64,000 bases of DNA from an uncultured Pseudomonadales bacterium (lineage in GTDB: Bacteria > Pseudomonadota > Gammaproteobacteria > Pseudomonadales > Pseudohongiellaceae), in the NCBI GenBank assembly GCA_964275945.1, contig CAXYEH010000021.1, positions 3,978 to 67,977 of the forward strand, written 5' to 3'. Below are positions 1-8,737 of this stretch, piece after piece. The position numbers and the translations under genes are program-made. How positions within the stretch are numbered: position 1 is the stretch's first letter; each line of letters starts with the position of its first letter. The notes beneath the pieces are model-generated. The model saw nothing but the letters and a program-made list of their open reading frames with translations, had not been told where the DNA came from and did no database searches.

Positions 1-349
1 CGGTCAAAAACAACGCTTTTCGATTGCATGTACTCTGGTAAATGAACCAAAGGTGCTGTTTCTGGATGAACCGACAACTGGTCTCGATCCTCAGGCGAAA
101 CGAAATATCTGGGATTTAGTTCAGGATCTAAATAACAACGGCATGACCATTGTGCTAACAACGCACAATATGGAAGAAGCGGAGTCCCTCTGTCACCGCA
201 TTGCGATCATGGACCATGGCAAAATCGTCGCGGAAGGCACACCAAAGAAGTTGATACTGCTACATGCGCCTGAACCGCCGGCCGCGCCACTGCATGGAAA
301 TCTTGAAGATGTCTTTCTTGTACTAACCGGACACGCTCTCAGAGATTGA
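1..349 (+). CDS. ABC transporter ATP-binding protein, C-terminal part (5' end lies outside the window)
   Basis: The frame is open from the window edge (codons from nt 2: GQKQRFSIACTLVNEPKVLFLDEPTTGLDP). This covers the end of the ABC signature, Walker B LFLDEPT and the D-loop, with H-loop TTHNMEEA further on. Stop TGA 347-349 overlaps the TTG start of the next ORF. Confidence 0.85.
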   Translation, partial: GQKQRFSIACTLVNEPKVLFLDEPTTGLDPQAKRNIWDLVQDLNNNGMTIVLTTHNMEEAESLCHRIAIMDHGKIVAEGTPKKLILLHAPEPPAAPLHGNLEDVFLVLTGHALRD

Positions 350-1458
350 AAAAAGTGATATTAAGTAAACTACAACTGCAGTTATCCAAAGCATTCCTGA
401 TGATCTTTCTACGGGATCGACAGTCAATTTTCTTCAGCCTGTTTTTCCCGATTATCTTCATGACTGTCTTCGGTGTGATGAACAATGGTCAACAAGAACC
501 TCTTAATATCGGCGTTGTCAATGAATCGGACTCGGCAGTCGCCGCGGATTTTGTCCAACAGCTCAAAGACAGTCTAGTCTTTAATGTAACCATAGGCACA
601 GAAGATCTTTTACGTTCTGATCTAGAGGAAGGCGATCAAACTATAGTACTGGTGATTCCGGAAATTTTTAATACCGCTAATCTGGATCGGGAGAGCGTAG
701 ACCTAAGAATATTAGTTGACGCGGCGCAGCTGGCGCAGTTGAGCCTCGTCATGCCGTTACTTGAGCAAACCCTAATTGAAATTGAGCGAGAATTTCGCGA
801 AACCGAGCCAATGTTCAGCCTTGTCATCGAAGACGTTCAAGCCCGTTCTCAGAGCTACCTAGATTTTCTACTCCCCGGACTGATGGCGTTTACATTAATG
901 CAGCTAAGTATCGCCGGCAGCGGCTATAACATAATTGAATTTCGGCGTAAGGGAATTCTGAAACGTTTATTCGCCACTCCTATTCAACCAAAAGATTTCA
1001 TTACAGCAATAGTACTAGCAAGAACGACTATCGTGTTAACCCAACTAGTCGTGCTTATTACCTTTGCGGTTTTAGTATTTGATGTGCAGATTATTGGTAG
1101 CTTTGCTGCGTTCTTTTTCGTCGTGATCCTCGGTACATTTATTTTCCTTAACCTCGGCTTTTGTCTCGGCAGTATCGCCAAAACTCAACAAGCCGCGATA
1201 ATGATAGGAAATATCTTCATCTTCCCTCAGGTCTTTCTTTCAGGGATTTTCTTTCCAATAGAATCAATGCCTGAATTCGTGCAACCCATAGCTTACGTAT
1301 TGCCTCTCAGCTTTGTGTCTACCGGTATGCGGGACATTGCCAACGAAGGTGCTTCACTGCTGGCAATTATGCCCAGTCTGATTGGTATTGCCGTCTGGCT
1401 AGTTGTCAGTTACCTGTTAGCTACCCGCCTATTTGTTTGGAAAGAAGTAGCAAATTAG
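346..1458 (+). CDS. ABC-2 type transporter permease
   Basis: 370-aa ORF translationally coupled (TTGA overlap) to the upstream ATPase. It has an N-terminal TM helix, a large extracytoplasmic loop, then about 5 TM helices in the C-terminal half (LMAFTLMQLSIAGSG..., IFIFPQVFLSGIFFP), the typical ABC-2 exporter layout. Confidence 0.8.
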   Translation: MKKVILSKLQLQLSKAFLMIFLRDRQSIFFSLFFPIIFMTVFGVMNNGQQEPLNIGVVNESDSAVAADFVQQLKDSLVFNVTIGTEDLLRSDLEEGDQTIVLVIPEIFNTANLDRESVDLRILVDAAQLAQLSLVMPLLEQTLIEIEREFRETEPMFSLVIEDVQARSQSYLDFLLPGLMAFTLMQLSIAGSGYNIIEFRRKGILKRLFATPIQPKDFITAIVLARTTIVLTQLVVLITFAVLVFDVQIIGSFAAFFFVVILGTFIFLNLGFCLGSIAKTQQAAIMIGNIFIFPQVFLSGIFFPIESMPEFVQPIAYVLPLSFVSTGMRDIANEGASLLAIMPSLIGIAVWLVVSYLLATRLFVWKEVAN

Positions 1459-1518
1459 ACGCTCTTAACTAACGCAGCATTACTCTCAAGCCGACGCCGT
1501 CGCTGCACAGCTACGTGC

Positions 1519-2559
1519 CTAAAGTTCAGCCGCTTCCCGTTTTTCACGTTCCCGGCCGGCACTGAGTATATTGCGAATGGCTTGATTGCCCTCGTGACAG
1601 GCGTATTCATATATCACGTAATCCGGATCGTGGTTCAGCGGCATGGAAATCGTGAAAGGCTGAATATAAATATCCGGGTCGGTAATCGTCACTTCCCAGA
1701 TAATAGTACCCTCATCAATTCGCGTGAAACGCTCCACCAAGTGGAGATCTTCGGTAACTGACACGCCCCTGAGCCGACCGCCTGCGCCGCTATTTGCGAT
1801 CATTCCTCTGCCGTGAAAATTAGTTGTCTCTACGACCAGTGTGTTTCCTTCCCAACGCGCCACTGAGTCCCCCATCCACAACTTAATTCGCTCATCGTTA
1901 TGATCAGATTTATCCAGAGGAATAATGCGTACTTCATGAATCATTTCATGCATGATTGCGACATGGTCCGGTGTCTGAATTATGCGATAGGCATTGTTGT
2001 AGGCGGCTGGCAGCATTGCACCGGGCACGCCGCGGGTAATGCAGCGATCCCATGGCGTGAAATTTAGATAATCATCCTCCAGATGCTGCAAGCGGTATTC
2101 GCGAGCTTGCCATGCCGAATCCCTAAGCGGCGCGCGACCGTTTGGCGGATCGACTATCAGAGACGTCTGACGCGTTGACAGCAAAGCCTCACCCTGATCA
2201 AGCCAAATTGCACTATGGGCTCCAACATTCCCCCCCACAACAGGAACCGATACTTCCTCAACTATAGCCTCGACCGGCGCTGGCTCTGCGGCCGCTCGCA
2301 TAGCCTGAACATCCTCCTCTGTAAAAAAGGCCTTGTTTCCCAGCTCCACAGGCCGTTCCATCGGCGTGCGAGTTTCATTAGTCCAAAGGCCCTGCAGGTC
2401 CGGATCGCCCCAGGCAGTAGTCCCATCATAGCTTGTGTCGCCTGCGCCCTGCGCGTGCAAAGGGGCGATAGGAAGCAACGCAGAAAACAGTGTAATCACT
2501 AGTGTGCTAGCCGCTCGTCGTATGCCGAGCTCCGACACTTTAATCATTAAGGTTCTCAT
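1519..2559 (-). CDS. Exported hypothetical protein, 'ACHEGN'-motif family, paralog 1
   Basis: 346-aa ORF with a signal-like N-terminus (TLVITLFSALLPIAPLHAQG). It is the last gene of the minus-strand run 11167->1519, 32 nt after the PQQ gene. It is collinear with the 14618..15649 product (shared PD(L/F)xG, TPMxRP, VVETxN, VERFxR, YE(Y/F)ACHEGN). I cannot assign a family. Confidence 0.7.
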   Translation of the reverse strand: MRTLMIKVSELGIRRAASTLVITLFSALLPIAPLHAQGAGDTSYDGTTAWGDPDLQGLWTNETRTPMERPVELGNKAFFTEEDVQAMRAAAEPAPVEAIVEEVSVPVVGGNVGAHSAIWLDQGEALLSTRQTSLIVDPPNGRAPLRDSAWQAREYRLQHLEDDYLNFTPWDRCITRGVPGAMLPAAYNNAYRIIQTPDHVAIMHEMIHEVRIIPLDKSDHNDERIKLWMGDSVARWEGNTLVVETTNFHGRGMIANSGAGGRLRGVSVTEDLHLVERFTRIDEGTIIWEVTITDPDIYIQPFTISMPLNHDPDYVIYEYACHEGNQAIRNILSAGREREKREAAEL

Positions 2560-2591
2560 ATAATCTCTTGTTTACATTTAGGCTATTAATT

Positions 2592-4541
2592 TTATTGCGG
2601 TAATGCGAAGGTAAAAATTTTCGCATCATTGAAACGGCCACCGGATATGGAGATGTGCTGTCTGCCATCAGCTAGGTAACTCATTACCGGGCCGTGCAAG
2701 CGAACATCCACGAGTACTTCCCCGACTTTTTCACCTGTCTCCTTGTTAAATGCAACCAAGATCGATCCATCTGCATCCGGATCAATCTCGTCTTTCTGCG
2801 CCAGATGAGTAATCAACAGAGTCTTGGTGACTAGGATGCCGCCCTCGGCTGAGTAGTCGCTAAACGAGCTACCGAGATCCGGTAAGTTGAGGTGCGCTAG
2901 CGCAGGATGGTTCGCTGGCCCTCTACCGAGAGGAGTTTTCCATACGTGTTCACCAGTGTTGAGGTCAATCGCGGTAATGCGCCTATAGGGTGGTTTTACC
3001 AGGGGCAATCCCATAGGACCAACGTTACGCTGTACACGGATAACATAGGGCCAGTCCGCTTCAGTGTCATTTGGTGGCACCAATGACATTGCATAAGGAC
3101 GCGTTTGAGAGGGCACATAGAGAATATTAGTCTCGGGGTCGATGTTGGCGCCAGGGAAGCTAGCACCGCCACCTGCGCCTGGCATGAAGATAGTCGCCTC
3201 CTTGCCATCGGTGCCTTCCACAATCGGTGGCGTGAATATCGGACCCATCACATATTTCTTTGCCAGCTCTTTCGCTGCGGCGGCTATTTCCGGCGTGAAA
3301 TCGATCAGATCTGCTTCACTCATCCCCTGCTTCTCAAATGGCAGTGGCCAAGTTGGATGTGGCTGAGTCGGATGGGCGCGCTCACCAGGCACATTGCTCG
3401 GCGGCACGGGAAGTTCCTCTATTGGCCACACAGGCTCACCGGTAATGCGGTCGAACACATAGGTGAAACCGGTCTTGGACACCTGAGCTACCGCCTTGAT
3501 GGGACGGCCATCAACCACGATGTCGACCAGATTGGGAGCCGAGGCAATGTCGTAATCCCAAAGGCCATGGTGCACCGTCTGAAAATGCCAGATGCGCTCA
3601 CCCGTCTCTGCATCCACGGCGACCAGTGATTCAGCAAACAGGTTTTCACCGAGGCGGGTGCCGCCCCAGTAATCATTAGTAGGGGTAGCAATAGGTAGAT
3701 AAACAATGCCCGCCTCATCATCAGCCGACATGAAGGTCCACACGTTGGTGTTCCCCATCTTGCGCCAGGAATCATTTTCCCACGTCTCGGTGAAATCATC
3801 GCCCTGCTGGGGAATCGTGTTGAAACGCCATTTGAATTGGCCGGTGTAGGCGTCATACGCACGGACATGACCGGGAGGATTGCGATTGAACTCCGTATAG
3901 TCGAATAGAGAGGAGCCAACGATAACTGAGCTGCCCACAGCGATCGGAGGTGAGCCATGGGTGATATTATCTAAATTAAATTCGTCTGTGCTCTTGCCGA
4001 AATCACCGCGCAAGTCCGCAAAGCCATTATCACCGAAATTCTTATCCGGCAGACCGGTTTTGATATCGATGCTAACCAGTTGCTTACCGCGCGTCGCAAT
4101 AAATATGCGTTCAATCTCGCCGTCAGTCCAGTATTCGATGCCTCGAGTTGAACTAGCACCCCTCCCTACGGTTAGTTGATAACTTTCAGGGTCGAAAACC
4201 CATAATTCTCTGCCACTTACTGGATCCAGTGCCGCTACTTGCCCAAGACTCGTATTGGTATACATGACCCCATTCACGAGAAGAGGGGTCGCGCGGTAGG
4301 GGCTAGTGTTAGAGGCCAACGAGCGAGGAATTCTGGCATCTGCCGACTGCCAATCCCACGCGACTTCCAAATCTGCGAAGTTGCTCGAATCAATTTGGTC
4401 TAAGGGTGAATATTTGGCAGAGAAATGATTGCCACCAGCATGATGCCACTCACCGAACGGAGCACTCGTCTGCTCAGGCTGCGGTGCACAGGCACCTGAT
4501 AAAAGTGCAACTGCGAGTAGGACAGAATAAGAGCGAATCAT
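2592..4541 (-). CDS. PQQ-dependent dehydrogenase (quinoprotein, glucose/quinate-like beta-propeller), lipoprotein
   Basis: The ORF track gives 2592..4796, but an internal ATG at 4541 is preceded by GGAGGA 7 nt upstream and opens a lipobox leader MIRSYSVLLAVALLSGAC. The N-terminal quinoprotein signature is GGNHFSAKYSPLDQIDSSNFADLEVAWDW. W-rich propeller repeats and HHGLWDYD are also present. Confidence 0.85.
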   Translation of the reverse strand: MIRSYSVLLAVALLSGACAPQPEQTSAPFGEWHHAGGNHFSAKYSPLDQIDSSNFADLEVAWDWQSADARIPRSLASNTSPYRATPLLVNGVMYTNTSLGQVAALDPVSGRELWVFDPESYQLTVGRGASSTRGIEYWTDGEIERIFIATRGKQLVSIDIKTGLPDKNFGDNGFADLRGDFGKSTDEFNLDNITHGSPPIAVGSSVIVGSSLFDYTEFNRNPPGHVRAYDAYTGQFKWRFNTIPQQGDDFTETWENDSWRKMGNTNVWTFMSADDEAGIVYLPIATPTNDYWGGTRLGENLFAESLVAVDAETGERIWHFQTVHHGLWDYDIASAPNLVDIVVDGRPIKAVAQVSKTGFTYVFDRITGEPVWPIEELPVPPSNVPGERAHPTQPHPTWPLPFEKQGMSEADLIDFTPEIAAAAKELAKKYVMGPIFTPPIVEGTDGKEATIFMPGAGGGASFPGANIDPETNILYVPSQTRPYAMSLVPPNDTEADWPYVIRVQRNVGPMGLPLVKPPYRRITAIDLNTGEHVWKTPLGRGPANHPALAHLNLPDLGSSFSDYSAEGGILVTKTLLITHLAQKDEIDPDADGSILVAFNKETGEKVGEVLVDVRLHGPVMSYLADGRQHISISGGRFNDAKIFTFALPQ

Positions 4542-4566
4542 AAGCCTGTCCTCCATAGATCGTTTA

Positions 4567-5823
4567 TTATGACCAGCGCAGCGCCTTACTGCCTTGACCA
4601 AACGCATCCACCTCAAGGCCCATCGATTGCAATAGAGTGACGAAGAGATCAGACAATGGCGCATCTTGCTCTTGCGTATTCGCAATGTGCTTGCCGTGCG
4701 CAAAACCGCCGCCTGCAACAAGAATAGGGAGCTGCTTGGAGGAATGGGAGGCTGCATTACCAAGATTACTGCCAAACAAGACTGCCGTCTCGTCAAGAAT
4801 CGAACCCCCAGCGAGGCTGGGCTGCTGAAGTTCTGTTAGCAGATTACCAAAACGGTTAATGATCTCTGTTTCGATAATCTTAAGCTGGGCTATATTAGTC
4901 GCATCCTGACCGTGATGGGAAAGCCCGTGCTGGTCTTTGGATACACCCGCAATTTGCGGCACTACACCATGGTCGTGAATCATCAGACTGACAACGCGAG
5001 AAGAATCGGTCTGGAGAATAAGCGGAATAAGGTTGAGCATGAGCTCGATACGGCCGATGAGGTCAGTATTGTCCGGAATGTCAACTGGAGACTCCTGACC
5101 AACCTCTGGCTTGGGACGATTCGTCCAAGCTTGTACCTCGGTAAGTTGATTCTCTGCCGCGCGCACCGCCTCGAAATGAGCGTTGAGCTTGTGCTTATCA
5201 GAAGCGCTGACTTGCTTACCAAGTCGTCGCCCCTCCTCCAGCAAATGGTCGAGGATACTTCCGCCGTCATTCAAACTCTGAGTTTCGCGCCTGATTTCCT
5301 CTGCGCTACCTCGCAGAAATAGTTTTTTGAACACTCCCGCTGGGCTTGATTCGGCCGGGACCATTACACCGTTCGCAGTGTAGGACTGGCTTTGCGGACT
5401 CGTTGTGCCGAGCACAATTGACGGGAATCGAGTCTCATAACCAATATGATTGGCAGCCGCCTGGTCCATGGAAATGGTATTTTGGAAACCATCCAAACCC
5501 GGATGCCTTGCCGAGGTCAGCCAGGTAATCTCTGAGTTGTGTGCTTGCCGGCCATTTTGCGCCTCGTGTGAGAGTCCAGAAAAGACCGTATACTGACTGC
5601 GGTGATGATCGATCAGCTTAAGATATTCTGTCGCTTCATAGTCTGCCCCATCATTTTTCGGCAACCACGAGGGCGTGTATAAACCCAGCGTGCAACCGAT
5701 GTTCACCATCCGCCTGATTTGCGCCGCGCCGTAAGCGGGCATCACCTCGAGATATGGTAGAGCGAGCGCCACACCGGATGCTCGCAACAGAGTGCGTCGA
5801 CTTATCTTATTGCCTTTTTTCAT
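4567..5823 (-). CDS. DUF1552-type protein with twin-arginine signal
   Basis: 418 aa with Tat-like leader MKKGNKISRRTLLRASGVALALP. It starts 6 nt downstream of a DUF1592-type gene, the canonical DUF1592/DUF1552 pairing. The family assignment is from memory of the N-terminal pattern and the pairing. Confidence 0.75.
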   Translation of the reverse strand: MKKGNKISRRTLLRASGVALALPYLEVMPAYGAAQIRRMVNIGCTLGLYTPSWLPKNDGADYEATEYLKLIDHHRSQYTVFSGLSHEAQNGRQAHNSEITWLTSARHPGLDGFQNTISMDQAAANHIGYETRFPSIVLGTTSPQSQSYTANGVMVPAESSPAGVFKKLFLRGSAEEIRRETQSLNDGGSILDHLLEEGRRLGKQVSASDKHKLNAHFEAVRAAENQLTEVQAWTNRPKPEVGQESPVDIPDNTDLIGRIELMLNLIPLILQTDSSRVVSLMIHDHGVVPQIAGVSKDQHGLSHHGQDATNIAQLKIIETEIINRFGNLLTELQQPSLAGGSILDETAVLFGSNLGNAASHSSKQLPILVAGGGFAHGKHIANTQEQDAPLSDLFVTLLQSMGLEVDAFGQGSKALRWS

Positions 5824-8222
5824 ATTAGACTACCTCGTCCTAAACAGATCGCTTGCCACGACCTCGTGAATCATTGTACGCAATGCGTAATTTTGGTCCT
5901 TGGTCGAGCTGAGGATCTCGTTCACCGCATCCCGGTCGGAAAACTCGACCTGCGCCCCGGTGCTGAATGTTATGAGTTGGTCCGCGAGATTGTAAGAGAT
6001 CGCATCCATCTCATTGTCCAACAACACTTGTTGGTAATCGGCGAATCCGCGGAAAGACGCCCCGTCAGATGTAATGCCACTGGCATCCACCGGCAGCCCC
6101 AACTGATAAGGCGCATATTGCAGAATCTCAGAAAAAGCCCCGACAGCCCGGTACTGGTCGCGAAATCCTCCGATAGGATCGAACGATTCGAGCGCAAAGC
6201 CCGGTGGGTCGATGGTTTTATGACAACCCGCGCAGATGGTGCTGTCTCGATGCGCCGCCAGCTGTTCGCGAATCGTAGTCGTCCCGCGCGTGTCGGGCTC
6301 CACACCACCCACGTTCGGCGGCGGTGGCGGTGCTGGGCGGCCAAGCAAATTCGCAAGCACAAAATTGCCGCGCGGTATGGGCGACGTGGTCGTCCCGTTC
6401 GCCGTGATCTTATGGATACTGCCCTGACCCAACAAACCGCCTCGCACGCTGCCCTCTGGCAGCATCACTTTGCGCATCTGCTGTCCTTCGATACCCGGCA
6501 CGTTGTAATGCTCAGCTAGACGACGGTTCAGGAACGTAAAGTCCGCACGGACGAGGTTCGTCAAACTCAAGTTCTCGCGGATCAGCTCCTCATAAAAAAG
6601 CTCAGACTCCGCTATCATGGCCTGACCAAGGAGGTCGTTAAATTCGGGATACAGCCCCGTATCAGGCGAAGTTGAGTTGATCTCATAGAGTCGATAAGCC
6701 TGCCCCACGAAGTCCTTGACGAAGCGCTTACTTTTCGGATCATCGAGCATGCGCTCCACCTGACGTGCCAGCTCTGCAGGCTCGGACAAACGACCGGCTT
6801 CAGCGACGGCGAGAAGCGCATCGTCGGGCATACTGCGCCACAGAAAATACGACAGGCGCGAGGCCAGGCTGTAATCATCCAGAGCGCCGCTAGCACCGTC
6901 TTGGTAGAGAAATGACGGCGCATTCAAGACCGTTCTAAGTGGCACGCGCAGTGCCTCAAGAAAAGGTCTGCCGTCTTCTAGCAACGGTATCGCCATATCG
7001 GCGTACAACTTGGCTTCACCTTCGGTGAGCGGTCGACGGAAGGCACGCTGCGCGAACGTCTCGACAATCTCGTTGATGTGATCCATGGCCGGCTTGGAAA
7101 GTTTAATCTGGCCCGACTCGTCAAAATCGATGCCGGTCAAGAGCTCGCGAGTACTCGCTGGCGGCCACACGTCATTCAAAGGGCCTTCGATAACTAGCGA
7201 CTTCATCGCGATGCCCTCGCCCCTGTAATCAGTGACGAAGTTTTCAGGGAGATAATATATGCCGGGATTTTCCCCCCGGTAATCGACATCCGCCAGCGAG
7301 GGGGCCACTAACATACCGGGCTCCAGATAAGTGATCTCCTCGACAACACGACCTTCCGGCTCAACTAAATCGTAACTACCGATGAGATTATCAAGCGATG
7401 CGACAATGCCTTGCTTTTTACCGCTATACAAAGTCAAGATTACCGGTGAATCCGCCTGGTAGGGATAAGCATCGAGGGTGACCCGGTAGCGTCCTGGCGA
7501 CGGCACGTTGTAGCCCTCCGACTCAGTATAAAAGGCGTAGGTCGATACGGTATCAAAAAACGTAGCAACCCCGTCGTCGAGCAACTTGGTAACGCCGAGG
7601 CCGAAAACCTCCTGAGTACTCAGAGTATAAAGAAACGGCGACTTCCGATACTCAATTTCGAAACGCTCCGACTCAGGACGTGGACCGAGCTGGATTGCTG
7701 CATCCAGCGCTCTGTCAGCCGCGCGCAAGTAGCCACGCACGTGCAAGGACGAGATGTCCTGATTTTTAGCCACGGTATCGAAACCGCCTGTATCGGCGGC
7801 GGCGGGTAATTCCGAAGCCATAGCCGTCGCCGTCTCTGCATCGAGATGCAGAAGGTCTTGTAAGGAATAAGCATACTCAAGCTGAGTCAGCCTACGCAGC
7901 TCCGCTCGTGAGCCACCACGCGCGGCTATATTGGCATCAACTAAGGCAGGCTTGAGAGCGGCAAGCGCATTCTCAATCAGCGACTGAACCGTGTCTGTCA
8001 CCTCCATCGGGGGCATCTGACCACGCTCAATACGATTATAGATATGCTGCCAAGTGCGATAAACCTCGGCATCGCCAAGGTCATAGCTGAGTTCTTGCAT
8101 ATTAAGGGGAGTCACCGTGCCCTCGCCATGGCACAAAAGGCAAGATGCCTCCAGCATTGGCTCCACTTCAGCTTCGAAGGAATCGGCACTGGCGTGTCCG
8201 ACGACAAACATGGTGCAAACGA
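5784..8222 (-). repeat. Tandem duplication unit A (partner 8698..11145)
   Basis: 5784-7173 matches 8698-10087 at a constant offset of 2914 nt, near-identical. 7672-8222 matches 10595-11145 at an offset of 2923 nt. The central 7174-7671 is strongly diverged. Confidence 0.9.
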
Positions 8223-8244
8223 GCAAAGTTGTTAATTTATACAT
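5830..8244 (-). CDS. DUF1592/DUF1585/DUF1587/DUF1588/DUF1595-type (planctomycete PSD-domain) protein with two CxxCH motifs, copy A
   Basis: The start is set at MYKLTTLLVCTMFVVGHASA (residue 41 of the track ORF 5830..8364) by homology to the copy B start. CLLCH lies at 8128-8142 and CAGCHKTIDPPGFALESFDPIGGFR at about 6220-6234, the latter being the hallmark of the DUF1585 C-terminal domain. Confidence 0.85.
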   Translation of the reverse strand: MYKLTTLLVCTMFVVGHASADSFEAEVEPMLEASCLLCHGEGTVTPLNMQELSYDLGDAEVYRTWQHIYNRIERGQMPPMEVTDTVQSLIENALAALKPALVDANIAARGGSRAELRRLTQLEYAYSLQDLLHLDAETATAMASELPAAADTGGFDTVAKNQDISSLHVRGYLRAADRALDAAIQLGPRPESERFEIEYRKSPFLYTLSTQEVFGLGVTKLLDDGVATFFDTVSTYAFYTESEGYNVPSPGRYRVTLDAYPYQADSPVILTLYSGKKQGIVASLDNLIGSYDLVEPEGRVVEEITYLEPGMLVAPSLADVDYRGENPGIYYLPENFVTDYRGEGIAMKSLVIEGPLNDVWPPASTRELLTGIDFDESGQIKLSKPAMDHINEIVETFAQRAFRRPLTEGEAKLYADMAIPLLEDGRPFLEALRVPLRTVLNAPSFLYQDGASGALDDYSLASRLSYFLWRSMPDDALLAVAEAGRLSEPAELARQVERMLDDPKSKRFVKDFVGQAYRLYEINSTSPDTGLYPEFNDLLGQAMIAESELFYEELIRENLSLTNLVRADFTFLNRRLAEHYNVPGIEGQQMRKVMLPEGSVRGGLLGQGSIHKITANGTTTSPIPRGNFVLANLLGRPAPPPPPNVGGVEPDTRGTTTIREQLAAHRDSTICAGCHKTIDPPGFALESFDPIGGFRDQYRAVGAFSEILQYAPYQLGLPVDASGITSDGASFRGFADYQQVLLDNEMDAISYNLADQLITFSTGAQVEFSDRDAVNEILSSTKDQNYALRTMIHEVVASDLFRTR

Positions 8245-8540
8245 GTATCTAAGCTCCCTGTCTAAAGCTGCGACTAACCTATTATATCGAATTATTGCTA
8301 ATAATTTCCAGACGCCCGTTAAAGAAAAAAAACCCCTGAGATTTAAATATTCAAATAATATCAATTACTTAAAAGAAATTCCGAGGACAGAAATGTGATA
8401 GTTTGTGACTGACAATAATCAATCAGAACTAGGCGCCCTTCTGGCCTTTTAGACTCTTTTTTTTAAATTAAAGATTATTTCTTTAAATATATACGTTAAT
8501 TATTTACAAAAGGTTGCAAAATCTTTGGCTTTCCTACTTT

Positions 8541-8602
8541 GCAGCCTGATAAAGCTCGATCTCGTAGACGTTCAGATCGTTGAAGAAGAGGTTTACCAGC
8601 AC
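8541..8602 (-). repeat. 62-nt repeat S1 (partner 11274..11335), possible VOC-fold gene tail remnant
   Basis: gcagcctgataaagctcgatctcgtagacgttcagatcgttgaagaagaggtttaccagcac matches 11274-11335 at about 55/62 positions by eye. The minus-strand frame reads ...LVNLFFNDLNVYEIELYQAAK*. Confidence 0.7.
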
Positions 8603-8635
8603 GTTGTCGCCTTCCAGCTTTATTCTTATTCCTAG

Positions 8636-8737
8636 CTATGACCAGCGCAGCGTCTTGCTGCCTTGACCAAACGCATCCACCTCGAGGCCCATCGATTGCA
8701 ACAGGGTGCGTCGACTTATCTTATTGCCTTTTTTCAT
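8636..8737 (-). pseudogene. Internally deleted relic of a second DUF1552 gene (33 codons)
   Basis: It translates as MKKGNKISRRTLLQSMGLEVDAFGQGSKTLRWS*. That is the first 13 codons of 4567..5823 fused in frame to its last 20. The same 6-nt spacer (attaga) to the upstream DUF1592 stop is kept. Confidence 0.8.

Noticed and set aside
1459-1520. I expected a direct repeat of the tRNA-Arg 3' end (attL/attR) at the far border of the GC-rich block.
   Set aside because: By eye I found no copy of tggcacgcccggagagattcgaactcc or a substantial part of it near 1459-1520 or at other gaps (11168-11864, 15650-16450, 23817-24431). The island call therefore rests on composition and content only.
4542-4796. N-terminal extensions of track ORFs (2592..4796, 5830..8364, 16451..17284, 18612..20138, 38795..39301, 51508..53682).
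   Set aside because: In each case an internal start with a better RBS or a proper signal peptide or lipobox, or homology to a paralog or an E. coli protein, marks the real start. The 2592..4796 extension would also overlap the DUF1552 gene.
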